From Octopus vulgaris (lineage: Eukaryota), in the NCBI GenBank assembly GCA_951406725.2, contig OX597818.1:70680001-70744000 (forward strand): a stretch of DNA of 64,000 nucleotides, written 5' to 3'. Of the stretch, positions 27,411 to 39,815 are shown one piece after another. Under the pieces are notes generated by a model that worked only from the letters and a program-made list of their open reading frames with translations, was not told the DNA's origin and ran no database searches. The translations under genes and the position numbers were made by a program. The first letter of the stretch is position 1, and each line of letters starts with the position of its first letter.

Positions 27411-27471
27411 CACTACGATCGTTTCATGCCTGCTGTCTTCAAATTTTTGAGTCGCAGTCATTCATCAGGTG
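27411..27471 (-). ncRNA. type I hammerhead-ribozyme-like motif
   Basis: Minus strand: cac CTGATGA atgactgc-(20 nt)-gcaggcat GAAA cgatcg TA gtg. Canonical core, long stem II, palindromic ACGATCGT stem III, short stem I. Confidence 0.6.
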
Positions 27472-27654
27472 GTTTAAATATTTTTCTTGGCGAGGTTTAA
27501 ACAATGAACTAGAATTTTTAATATAATATAATATAATATTTTAATATAATATAATATAATATTTTACTATAAAATTGGATTCAATCCTAAATCTGATTTT
27601 TCCCTGTAAGTTTGGATTTATTCCCTAATATTTATTATTATATATATATATATA

Positions 27655-28145
27655 TATTATATAAAATGCGTTCTGTCTGTCTGTGTGTGTGTCTTCTAGG
27701 ATCTCGGGCGTCCTCCATCCGATTGCACTCAAATTTGATATGTAGATACCAATGGTATCAGGACACGTATAAGTCTTGAAAAAATTACAAAAATCAATTC
27801 CATGTGAGAATGCGATCAATAAAGTTGTTTTTGTACTGCTTAAAGGCACATTTCTTTGCTGCCAAGCTTACTGTTTAAACCATGTTTGTGTTCTCCCAGT
27901 CAACAGCCTTATCATTTCTGGTACTTTAAACTCTTTGGTTGCATATTTGTGTAAATAAAATCGTTTTTCTTTGGACTAGAAAAAAGTCTATCTTTATTTC
28001 TTCTTTTGCTGGTGTCTCAAATGTAGGTTAAATCAGTGTTTCTCAAAGGAGAGGCCTATGGAATGGTCGGACAAGTTGTTTTGAGAAAATTTGGTTTAAA
28101 TGTTTGACAACTCAGCACCATCCATTGGATGGGGGGCGTTTTGCT

Positions 28146-28150
<5 letters not shown>
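27655..28150 (+). mobile_element. Helitron-like 5' region or non-autonomous element
   Basis: TATATAAAA..(TCTG)n(TG)n..caaatttg architecture like the 5' end of the element at 30655-31368; GC hairpin ccatcca-t-tggatgg near 28120. Confidence 0.5.
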
Positions 28151-28217
<67 letters not shown>

Positions 28218-28220
<3 letters not shown>

Positions 28221-28425
28221 TCATCATCATCATCATCATCATTTAGCGTCCGTTTTCCATGCTAGCATGGGTTGGACGGTTCAACTGGGGTCTGTGAAGC
28301 TGGAAGGCTTCATCAGGCCCAGTCAGATCTGGCAGTGTTTCTACGGCTGGATGCCCTTCCTAACACCAACCACTCCGTGAGTGTAGTGGGTGCTTTTTAC
28401 GTGCCACCCGCACAGGTGCCAGACA
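28218..28425 (-). mobile_element. RTE 3' UTR fragment
   Basis: Matches 25463-25660. Confidence 0.85.
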
Positions 28426-29037
28426 GAGCTGTTGAATTTCTGAACACACTTCAACCCATTGGAGTGCCACCACATAACTTGACACTAATGCTGGATGCTC
28501 CCATTATGTTGCTTAGGAATATTGACTCACCTTGTTCGTGTAATGGAACTCACTTAATTTTTTCTTCCATGGAGCCCCATGTCCTACAGGCAACAATCAT
28601 AACTGGTAGTCACAAAGATGTCTTTATTCCAAAATTTCCTCTCATACCTACAGATGTTCCATATGAATTTAAGAGGTTTCATTTTCCAGTCAAACTAAAT
28701 TTTGGTATTTTAATTGACAAATCTCAGAGTCAATCCCTCACGGTAATTGGACTTCATCTTTCTACCATATGCTTCCCCTATGACCAACTCATGAGTTGGA
28801 AGCAGCAACAATTTATTCATTTGGACACCAGTAAAAAATTACACAAGGAATATTGTTTACCCAGAGGTACTCCAACATTGACAGATTTTCAGTCCTAAAT
28901 TCTATTATCATTACAAATTGGATATTTTTTATTAAAATATAAATATTTTGAAATAATTATATATATCTTTATATTTATTGTCTACTAATCTGAATAAGAA
29001 CAGCAGTAACCCAGGCACTACCGGGTAATTCAGCTAG
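28426..29037 (+). mobile_element. Helitron 3' part: decayed RepHel PIF1-helicase C-terminus with 3' hairpin and CTAG
   Basis: EFLNTLQPIGVPPHNLTL..PIMLLRNI..CNGT..VFIPK..FKRFHFPVKL.F..IDKSQSQSL; terminus acccaggcactaccgggt-aattcag-CTAG^T (CTAG at 29034-29037). Confidence 0.9.
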
Positions 29038-29070
29038 TGTATATATACATATATATATTTATATACATAT

Positions 29071-29480
29071 ATGCACAGGTCTGGCTGTGTGGCTTAGAAG
29101 TCTGTTTCTCAGTTATGTGGTTTTGGGTTCAGTTCCACATTGAGACACCTTGGACAAGTGTCTTCTACCACAGCCCTGAGATAACCAAAGTTTTGTGAGT
29201 GGATATGGTAGATGGAAACCGATGTGTATGCGTGTGTGTGTGTGCAATCATGTCTCCTGGTTCTGACATTGTGTGACGTTGGTAAATAAGCCTGACTGAT
29301 GCCATACAGTTGGTGTCCTTCATTTGCTGTCTTCCGTGAAAGAGCATGCCTGGCCATGGGGAAATAAAGCATTGCTTGCAAATAGGTGGTGGTTGGCAAC
29401 AGGAAAGGCATCCGGCTGTAGATAATCTGCCTTAACGAATTCTGTTTGACTCTGCAAGCATGGAAAGAGAACATTTAGAC
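29071..29480 (+). mobile_element. family B SINE with RTE-like tail
   Basis: Family B head and core, then ggttggcaacaggaaaggcatccggctgtag...gcaagcatggaaa. Confidence 0.75.
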
Positions 29481-29491
29481 AATTAAGAAAT

Positions 29492-29527
<36 letters not shown>

Positions 29528-30026
29528 CACAGACAGACAGACAGATAGACAGGTTGGAATGTAGGCAGGTAGGCAGGTAGGTAGGTAGGCAGGTAGGTAG
29601 GAAGGTAGATAGGTGGGTGGGTGGGTGGTTTTGTTGTAATGGATAAATGAACATACGAGATCATCATCATCATAGTTAGCAACATTGTAACATTTGCTTT
29701 CCAATGTTAATGTGGTTGCATGGTTCAACTCAGCAATTTATTCCATGTATCAGTCACTGACATCTCTTCTGTGGCAGCAGAGATGACTCAATCATTGTCT
29801 TATACACTACAATGGCCAGCATTATGACATTCCAGCCTCACCAGTTGTCACCTTGTCTATCTTGGTTTCTTTCTTTTACAAGTACCTTAGACAAAGTACA
29901 CATTTTCTGCTTGTTGTCTCTCACAAAGCTTAAAGTACCCCACATTTCTTTCAAATTACTTGTGCTCTGACAGAATTTTCAAAGTTTGAATGCTTGCATA
30001 ACGCCGGAGAAATTGTGTATGCCTGG

Positions 30027-30227
<201 letters not shown>

Positions 30228-30654
30228 GTTTGAATGTTGCCACAGTTAGATGTCTTCCCTATAACTAACCAGTCAATATATATCTATATTAATCAGTGAA
30301 GCAGAATGGTGATTTCACTGGAGAAGGAAAGACAAGTGGAATTAAATGGAGATGACATAACATTAGTAATTTAAGAACAGCTGAGGCCATTACAGTCGCG
30401 ATAGAAAAGATTTAGAAACGATATAGTTTAATGGTCGTCCACTGGGTTGGGCTGTGTTCGTAATAACCAACCAACACAAACTGATACGAGCAAACAGTTT
30501 GTTTCTTGCATTGCATACAGTTTATACTGTGGAGTCGTTGAGGAGAAAATTGATAAAGCACCAGAATATATGCTGCAGTTCTACATTTCTCAATTCTAGG
30601 TTCTAATCTCACCAGAGTCAAGACGGATTTTTTGCCATTAACTTTTATAAAATA

Positions 30655-31368
30655 CTAGCATTAAAGACCCGTCGTTGCCGTATATATGTGCATGTATATA
30701 TGTGTATAGATATATGTGTACATATTACATGTACATCTATATATATACATCTACACATAAAATGCAAAATACAAAGTTATATCTTGATATCGCTAGTGAT
30801 AACAATACTCAAAATATATAACAGACTGGAATTGTTAGATCTTCTTTTTTTTCTCTACATTGTATACTTTATAGACAATAGTCTTTTCTTTAATTTAATT
30901 TTTTATTATCCGTCTGGACTATTCCATTTCTGCACGCTAGTTTTATTTTTGATTTAATTTCCGTTCATGTGAAACCACTTATTCAAGTTCAAATCATTGA
31001 TGCAATTTTATACCAATTGCTATTTTTACTTATATTATACTTTAGTTTAATTTTAATTATTACTTACTACATATAATTCAATTGTTATTATTATATTTAT
31101 TGTTAAAGTGAAAGCATCTGACATAAAATAGAGAAATATTTTTGTTTCACTTTTAACACGTAATACTGAAATAGTGGAGAAGATATGATATTGCTATGGG
31201 CTCGCTCTAGGCAAGAAGTTGAACATTTTTTTTTGCCCATGAAACTACATGGACCCTAAGTAAGGCATATGTAAAATTTGAATGAAATTGGTTTTGTAGT
31301 TCTCAAGTTTTAGGGAAACACACAGACAGACAGACAGACACACATTCTCAGTTTTATATATATAAAGA
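30655..31368 (-). mobile_element. non-autonomous Helitron with both termini
   Basis: Minus strand A^TCTTTATATATATAAAA...cggcaacgacgggtctttaatgCTAG^T: 5' TC, 3' hairpin plus CTAG, A/T target, no TSD. Confidence 0.8.
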
Positions 31369-31685
31369 TTTTCAGCTGTTAATGTTATTAGCAATAGATA
31401 TTACATATAACAAATTTATTATGTTGTTTCAATTAAAAATGTTGAGAGTATTCAGTAAAATAGAGAGTCCACCTGTTGCCAGGTACAGCTTCATTTCTGT
31501 CCCGGCTGATTTAGTAAAATAGATTTAAATATTGGAGGCAGTCTAATTCATTGCATCATTCCCCTAAAATCAATCATCTTGCATCCATATCATACACCCT
31601 CACTCCTCTCTCTTCCTCTCTTTCACTCTCTCTTTCTCTCTCTCATTTTGAAATATGTTTACATGCATCCATTCATACATACATA

Positions 31686-32227
31686 CAGGGTGGGGCAGTC
31701 AGGACAGACGTGTTTGAAAAATTCACAAAATCATTCATTTTAGCAGCAAACGAATCTTATTGACATCAATGTGTTCCTATTGAATTGACATTTGTCAAAA
31801 TCAAGTGTGGAAAACAATTTGATACAGACTCTGTATCAAAGCTGGTCTCATGCATTCCAAATTTTCCGGGGTCCCTACCATTTGTGGCACCCCCACTGGT
31901 CTCCTATTCATTAGTGTACCTCGTGTACAAAGTGCATTCTCCCAACATAAAATTGTGTTACAAGGGAGAGGGGGTCTGTCTGATTTTGGTGGATATTGAA
32001 GTGGCACTGAAACTCACCATGAACTGCTGTGACAGACTCGTTATTCTTTACGTAACTGTTTTAGGCAAACACGTGATGCTCTATCGTCCACAGTGCCATA
32101 GCTTCACCCGAAAAGAAAAAATGCTACAACACCCACAGACCAAATGGTACCTGTTGGACATATGTCCCTCCCACTTGGGCTGAGTAATAGCCAGTTCAGA
32201 AATGCCTGCCCTCTCTGCCCAACCCTG
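31686..32227. mobile_element. Tc1/mariner-type MITE
   Basis: TA-CAGGGTGGGGCAGTCAGGACAGACGTGTTTGAA ... TTCAGAAATGCCTGCCCTCTCTGCCCAACCCTG-TA: imperfect TIRs of about 33 bp with TA flanks. Confidence 0.7.
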
Positions 32228-32479
32228 TACATACATACATACATACATACATACATACATACATACATACATACATACAATCTGTGAGTGGAACAGTAAA
32301 AGTATGCAAGACTTTTCTCAAATTCTAAACGTGAATTTGTCTGTGTTAACTACATCCCAAAGACGGAGCCTTGTATCTTTGTTGGAAACCAGCTCCCTCC
32401 TCAGTGGAAAATTTATGATAATTAAAAAATAGAAGTGACATACACACACACACACACACACACACATGCATAATGCATA

Positions 32480-33375
32480 AGGTCAGTCCAGGCAGCCTTT
32501 GACTGTCATATTGTATCACTCAGATGACACCTGCCGAACAGTAGAGAGAGAAATGAGTACATTCCATGCTTACTCAAAAGAGAGAGCAACATCTTCAGAG
32601 TTGGAGAAGAACTACTGTGCAGATAATCTGAGAATTCAGCTGTGTCATGTGACCCAAGGGAGGCTGGACTGGCCTACCCAAACAGAAGAGGAGAAGCAGG
32701 CATCATACCAGCAAAAAGTAATGCATATCCCATAAACTAGAAGGCAACAACAGTATTGACTGGAAGAGTAACGCTTCTCCTGGATCTGATACAGATACAT
32801 TACATCCCACTTGGTAGGATGTGCCTTTGCTATCTATGAACAGGAGATTGCAACTAAATACCTAATAAACAAGGGGAACAAAGATACCACCAAACCTTCA
32901 TGTTATGGTAAGAAATGTCAGCTCTATCATACCAGTGTGGAAGATATTACCCACATCATCAGCAGTTACCTCAAAGTATCTATGAGATACTTCCTACTCC
33001 TGAGCTACTATAGAGTTCCAAAGACTATTAAAATGCTATCCACAGGAAGGACTGCCCAGATGTGTAGAGCAGAGGCATATTAGAACCAGTATTCACACCT
33101 TTAAAAGCAAGGAATTCTGGTGGAACGTCCCATTAAAAACATTAATTCAGTGCAAATACAAAAAACCTGATACTGTTCTGTTGGACAGGGGACAAAAGTC
33201 ATGCAGTGTTGTAAAGGTCAGCTTCCCGGCAGATGTGAATGCAGAATCAAAAGTCTAGGAAAAAGAGAACATTTATGGGGAATTAATGAATACAGCTCTT
33301 GTCCCCTGACTATGAATTTTCACTTGTACCTATAATCATAGCTGTATTAGGCTGTGTACCTACAAATTTACACAA
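32480..33375 (+). mobile_element. old R4/Dong-like retrotransposon fragment
   Basis: FAIYEQEIATKYL..KCQL..VEDITHIIS (zinc knuckle remnant), WWNVP, KKPD, LVPIIIAVLG (RLE remnant); frameshifted. Confidence 0.7.
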
Positions 33376-33376
33376 A

Positions 33377-33545
33377 ATTCTTTTCTACTCTAGGCACAAG
33401 GCCAAAAATTTTTGGGGAGGTGGGGCCAGTCAATTAGATCAACCCCAGTATGCAACTGGTACTTAATTTATTGACCCCCAAAAGGATGAAAGGCAAAGTC
33501 GACTTTGGTGGAATTTGAACTCAAAACATAAAGACAGACGAAGTA
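33377..33545 (-). mobile_element. family A SINE, head truncated
   Basis: Same core and tail as other family A copies. Confidence 0.85.
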
Positions 33546-34548
33546 CAAGTAGTTGGCCTAAATCTGACACAGCAGGTATTTATTCACAGTCAGATACTCC
33601 AGTGTTGGCAGTTCATTTGTGGTAATTGAGAAACACCTGGAATGTTGTCTACAAAGAAGCAATAACACTTTTGAACCTACTGCCATTACTTTGCCATCGC
33701 TGGAGTCATTGTAACTTTCTCAATTTTTTAGTCCAACTGCATCCACCTTCATGTTGCCAGCCACCTCTGCAACCTGACCATCTTAACAAGTCAAACTCCC
33801 AACTCATGGGTTCACGTCCCGACACTGATTCCACAAAATTAGGTTGGGTGTGACTACATATTGTATCCAAAACATTGCAAGTGCAGTCGTATTATACTAT
33901 TTCAGTTTTGTGCAGAGACCAGACTGGTGTTTTGTATTTTTCCAGCATTTTCCTGTCATTCTTTGCCCTTCACCGCTGCATCCACGAGGTTTCTTCAATC
34001 ACTTCTCAAAGACTGTTTAAACATTTGGTTTGCTTTTTTTCACTACCAATTTTTTATAAAATTTTCGTTTTCTTTTTATTTATTTTTTTTTGATTTCCTC
34101 ATCTTTAAAATGTGGCCCAAGTAGACCTGAATGAAATTGGGTTTTAATACCAAAACAGGTAAAACAATAAAAAAGCTATTTTAATCCCGAGCAAGGCCGG
34201 GTTTCTCTGTAGGTATTATAGAGGTACACAAATTTAATATATATTTACATATGCGTGTATCTACATATGTCTATGAGCCAAAACACAAACAATGCCATGA
34301 ACCATACATATACATGCATACGCACATGCACGCACACACATACACACACAACACATACATATACATGCATACGCACGTGCACGCACACACATACACACAC
34401 AACACATACACAACACACACACAGTATTGCATTTTACCTTCCTTTTGTTATATGTGAAGTGGAAAGAATAATTTATGAATTCTATAAATATCAAAAATGT
34501 CTAACTTTAAAAACTCTCCCACAAGTGTTCCTGTATGTATTTATATCC

Positions 34549-34581
<33 letters not shown>

Positions 34582-36360
34582 AATGTGCATGTGTGTGTGT
34601 ATGTATATATACATGTGTGTGTGTGTGGGAGTGTATAGTCTCTGATTATTAATAAGCAGGATAGCCATGGGTGGAATGCTTTTCATTATAAGTCTGTGAC
34701 TCAATGAGTATTGCCCCTGGGCTAAACAGCAACAACATCAACAACAACAACCAGTTATTGTTGTTTCATCCCAAGTTTAGCTTTAATTCAGCCACAGTGT
34801 ATCTAGGACTACATTATTCAAAGTATTTTTCCTTCTTTTCTAAGTGGTGGAGTGTAATTTGAGGGATATTTGGCTGCTATTTCTAACAAGTTGAATGACT
34901 ACATGGATACTTCCTTCTTGATTCAATGAGTCATGTGATTAGATGACATTTAAGGAGAACGAAATAAATTAATTAATAAAAACCTTGTTTTATTTTGATT
35001 TTGTTTATAAAAACTGCATTATTGCACTTAATGCAAAATAATTAGAGGAGGAGGAGGGAGAGATGGATGCAGGGAGAGGAGAGATTGTATGTTGTGTAGG
35101 GAAGGGAGGATGTATGTGTGTGTGGTGAGGTGAGGATTGTTGGCGAGGGTGGGGAAATATTTGTGTAGGAAGGATGCGTGTGTGTGGGTGTGTGCCTCTG
35201 TGTGTGTGTGTGTGTGCATGCACATGTGCGCCTGCATGTGTATGGAAAGGTGTTTGTACTAAAAGTGATTGTGTGGAGAGATATTTATCAGTGTGTAGGT
35301 GTGTTTGTGTGTGTGTGTGTGTCTATGTTGAGTATGCATGTGTGTGTTTGTAGGTCTCTGTGGATATGGTATGCATATATGTATATATATATATATATAT
35401 ATATGTATATAAATATAAATATATGTGTGTGTGTGTGTGTTATGTATTTTGTGTGTAGGTGTGTGTCTATATGTAATGTGTTTATGCATGTGTAAATGTG
35501 TCTATGCTATGTTTGAGGGTGTGTATATATGCACCGCGTGTCAGTGTATGTAGATTGAAGTGTGTGTGCATATGTGTTGTGTGGTGGGAGGGGTTGGAGC
35601 ATCTCTGTGATCCATAACATACCAGCCATGACCATCCTGTTTTACCCTATGTGAAGTGAACTCAAAACCACAGTATATATATTTTTCTCAGTTGATAAAG
35701 TGCGCTTTGAGGGAGATTTGGCTGCTACTTCTAGCAATGACTTCTTTCAAAGAACAGCAATTTACATCTTTTGTAATATCATAAACATATACACACATGC
35801 ACGAGGTTCATGTATGTGTATATATATCTATATTTATATATGTGTGTGCGTATGTATATATACACACATACATACATATAAATATGCATGTATTTCTATG
35901 CATAAATGTATGTGTGTTATTTCTTTTTATTGTGGATTATAGAAATATTCGTTATAATTGGAAAATTTTAAAATATGTCTCTGTTCCAAATAATAAAAAC
36001 CTTTTGTTCCAAAAAAGATTTTTCTATGAAACACCATGATTGTCCTACAACAAACTGGTGACTCATTGAATCCTTTATTTCCTGTGGGACACTAGGCAGC
36101 TTTAGTCTGTGTGTGTATGTATGTGCCCATGCGTGTGTGTGTCTGTATATTTCCCCTCTTATCTCCACAGGTACTCACTGGTTATAACCTAAAGCTCCAT
36201 TTACCAAAACCCACCGTTTAAGTATGTTTAGGCTTCTTGACGGGGCTGGGTGTGTTATGTCATCTTTTTAAACAAAGGCTGACTCCTTCCAATGCTGTTG
36301 TTTGTTTCCAGTTCTCCATGTAACCATGTCTGCTTTATTTGTTGTTCAGTATGTAGAGAG

Positions 36361-36545
36361 ATTATTGGTTTCAAATTTTGGCACAAGGCTAACAAGAGGA
36401 GGAGTGAATTGATTACATCAACCCCAGTGTTTAACTGGTACTTATTTTATCAACCTCAAAAGGATGAAAGCAAAACTGACCCTCAGCAGACTTTGAAGTC
36501 AAAACATGCAGATGGACAAAATACCAGAAAGCATTTTGCCCGGCA
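36361..36545 (-). mobile_element. family A SINE, diverged
   Basis: ggcacaagg..accccagtgtttaactggtacttattttatcaacc..aaaggatgaaag. Confidence 0.75.
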
Positions 36546-38489
36546 TCAAGAGGTTGGTATCAAGAAGCACATCCAACTCGGAATACTGTTCCACAACAAA
36601 CTGTTGTAGGACCCATGCAAGCATGGAAAAGTAGATGTAAAAATGGTGACAAGAATGAGTCTGATGAGCTTTCGAACCTGACGACCTGCCACTGATTTAA
36701 ATTTCATAGAATAATTGAAAATGAAAAAAAAACAAGTTTATCTGAGCCCCAGTTTTTAGACACTATCAATAGTTACAGAGTGAGATTGATCTCTCTGTGG
36801 CCAGAAGAGTGCTTATTGTTTGGCTAATGGAGAAATGATGAGATTGGGTCCACTTTTTCTGCCCCTGAAAATAAAAACCTGTCATATTACTATTTTGTTT
36901 CCTTTTGACAATGAATTTAAAATTGTATTCTTATATAACAGGTCTTTACTTTGATTTGAACTTGTGACTTGTTGTTTCCAATCAGGAAATTCTTTATAAG
37001 AAACAAGAGAAATTTTACAGACTTTGTGAATCAAGTGATGTCAACACAATTCTGTCTAATAAGATTTGTTATGGAACTTATAAAAAGGGTCCATTCTAAG
37101 AACCCCAGCCGTGAATTGAGAGGTTAAACAACAAGTAATATGTCAGATGAAATCCTTGGATTTGGTGATGTCTTCACCATTCTTACTGTCAAAAGAACTA
37201 TCTATACTAACACAGGCTAAAATTTTCATTTACACAGAAATATTTTTGTTTCTCTGTCAACAAGCATCCATAGCTACAATCAATAAAACCCCCTTTTCTT
37301 TATCAGCTTTTTCCTCCCCCCCCCCCAGACCCTCACTTGTGATCTTTGTAACAATACCTTATGAAGATCTTAAATATTGACTCAACTTCATTTCATCAAC
37401 TTTGGTGTTCATCTCATTATTACACTTATTTAAAAAAAACAGCATGCCTTACATTTCAAATTATTGAAAATGCTATTCATTGCATTACGAATTAATTAAA
37501 TTACTTTGCATATTTCTTGTTATGTAAATTAAACAGGCCAGTTAAGCTGAGTCCTAGTTTGTCTTCACTCTAAATAGCTAATCAGCTGCTAATCCATCTC
37601 TGTAGACAGAAAATGAAAATTCTTTCTCTGATGAAGATCAAAAAGAAACTTTGATAAATCACACATTTTTTTTTACTGCAGGTATAAAATTTGTTAGGTA
37701 AATAGCTTGCTTACATTTCACAGCAGGGCTAACATTGTATGTTTATTAAAAGTAAACTTCACGACATTTCACATTATCCAAAAATGCTTTGGATTAATTC
37801 TAGAGAATCTGTCAGAGTAATGTGTCATTCCAGTTTTACCAATTACAACCAAGATTCTGGATTCTCTGTTTTATTTATTGCTATAAGCATTTTAAATTCA
37901 ACAGCTCATTTGGTGCCGTTCCTTTGCTCTTTAACTCACTTCCATATAACTTGATAACCATTTGATAATAAGAAATGATGCCCCTGCTAGTCTGCCTTAG
38001 TACTGAACTTGCAGAACAGCTTTTTGACCGTTCTATTTTCTAAGGCAAGTGGAGTACGATATAATCTTTTGGTTGATGCAGCTTCCTTTAACTGGTTGGT
38101 GAGGCAGGACAGCTTTGTACAATACTGTGTGAATTTTGTTGAAGTTAATGTAGAGCATTTCCATTCTGTTTTATTTCAGGAAATAGACCACACAGTTGGT
38201 ATTTATCTTCTGTGTTGGAAGAACTGTGACTCTTACCTCTCAGTAGAAGTACAACCATGCTCTAACAATCATAAGGTCATGGGTTCGATTCCTGAGTCAG
38301 GTGCTCTGTCCTCCCTTCAGCAAGACAATTCATTTTGCATTGCTCCAGCTTACCTGGCCTAGAAGATGGCAAAGGTGTGTTACATCTAAGTTGCTGGGTT
38401 ATGGGGTTTCTTTCCTAAGATTTTTTTGTGATGGTTTTGTTTCTATGGCAAGATTTCACTTTATTTGGTGCCACCAAATTATGAGTGTC

Positions 38490-38797
38490 TTGTGTAGAAT
38501 ATCTCAAGAACCGCTGGGTGGATTCAGATGAAACTTTCAGGGTTGTTTGGTCTCATGACTGGTACAAACTATTTAGATTTGGGGATCAATCCGGTACCGG
38601 ACAAGGATTCTGAATTATGTTTCCCTGTTTTTTTATTGAATTTTTGAGAGCAGTCAAGTTCATTTTTCATATTCTCATTTGTGAGAACAGTTGAATTTAT
38701 TTCAGATATTCTCATTTTGAAAATTATTTCTGGCTAATCGTTGAGAGGACATTGGTGTTGCCTTGGCAGAGGTTTCTGCTCTCTGAGTGATCTTGTT
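38490..38797 (+). mobile_element. Helentron/DINE-1-like non-autonomous element, 3' part
   Basis: atatctcaagaaccgctgggtggattcagatgaaacttt core; 3' ccttggcagagg + short hairpin gctctctgagtg + T-rich end. Confidence 0.6.
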
Positions 38798-39495
38798 AAT
38801 ATTATGATTGTTATTATTATTCAGTAGTCTTATTTTTATCATGTGCTTTCCCTGCACTACTGAGCATAACTCTGTGTGCCTTGGGTATGTGCTGTGGCTT
38901 CTTGTGGTGCTCTTATTTTTACTGTATTGAAAGTGTTTTACATAGGATGTGTGCGGTACCTAGTAGTGCTACTTTATGTATGTTATATATACTTGTTAAT
39001 CTCGGTGTTTTTGTTATGTATTTGTGTGAATATTTTTTTATCATACCTAATGCACCTACTATGATAGGAATTGGCCTTAAGTTCTCTATCTGTGTGTATT
39101 GACATATCCATTTTCTGTGACCTTTTCTGGTGTGTGCCTATACCATCTTTTTTCTGTTGTTATTCCATAATGTTGGCATAGCTTCCAGTGTATGTAGGTC
39201 CCAACTCTGTCTTGTCTGTGAATATATTCTTTCTTTGCCAGGACTGGGCAACCAGAGATAATATGATTTATTGTTTCTTGTCCATCTCCACATATTCTGC
39301 AGCTACTTGTATTTCTTTTCATTATGTGTTTTTGGTAATTTCTGGTGGGGAGGCTTTGGTCTTGTGCTGCAATTAAAAATCCCTCTGACTCTGCTTTGAG
39401 TCCTGAGCTTCTCAGCCATTGCTGGGATTTTTCTTTGTCTATTTCTTTTGCGTTTAGTTTAGTCCAGTATTTGCCATGAAGGAGCTTTTCTTGCC

Positions 39496-39499
<4 letters not shown>
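38798..39499 (-). mobile_element. R4/Dong-like retrotransposon 3' fragment, internally deleted, embedded in (TAA)n
   Basis: WQEKLLHG..WLRSSGLKAESEGFLIAAQDQSL.TRNY..CRICGDGQETINHIISGC (CCHC); 3' end closely matches 4975-5258. Confidence 0.9.
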
Positions 39500-39553
<54 letters not shown>

Positions 39554-39572
39554 GTTATTATTATTATTATAA

Positions 39573-39667
<95 letters not shown>

Positions 39668-39686
39668 GTTATTATTATTATTATAA

Positions 39687-39720
<34 letters not shown>

Positions 39721-39776
39721 CATTATTATTATTATTATTATAATTGTTATTATTATCATTATTATTATTATTATTG
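39497..39776. repeat. (TTA)n microsatellite of about 280 bp
   Basis: Seen directly. Confidence 0.95.
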
Positions 39777-39815
39777 CAATTTTGCCTTGTGTTCATTGCT
39801 GGTCAATGCTACCAT

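Noticed and set aside
28272-28898. Host PIF1 helicase gene
   Set aside because: Degenerate motifs, no introns, TE-derived N-terminus and a Helitron 3' terminus downstream.
36655-36695. CTGATGAG-ctttc-GAAC hammerhead-like string
   Set aside because: GAAC instead of GAAA, and no stem I or III.
36171-38200. Plus-strand acceptor-like sites (36170, 37681, 38179)
   Set aside because: No consistent open exon chain; expected by chance in T-rich DNA. An antisense non-coding transcript cannot be excluded.
39086-39796. 236-aa poly-Asn fusion protein
   Set aside because: (AAT)n tract happens to be in frame with a truncated retrotransposon fragment.
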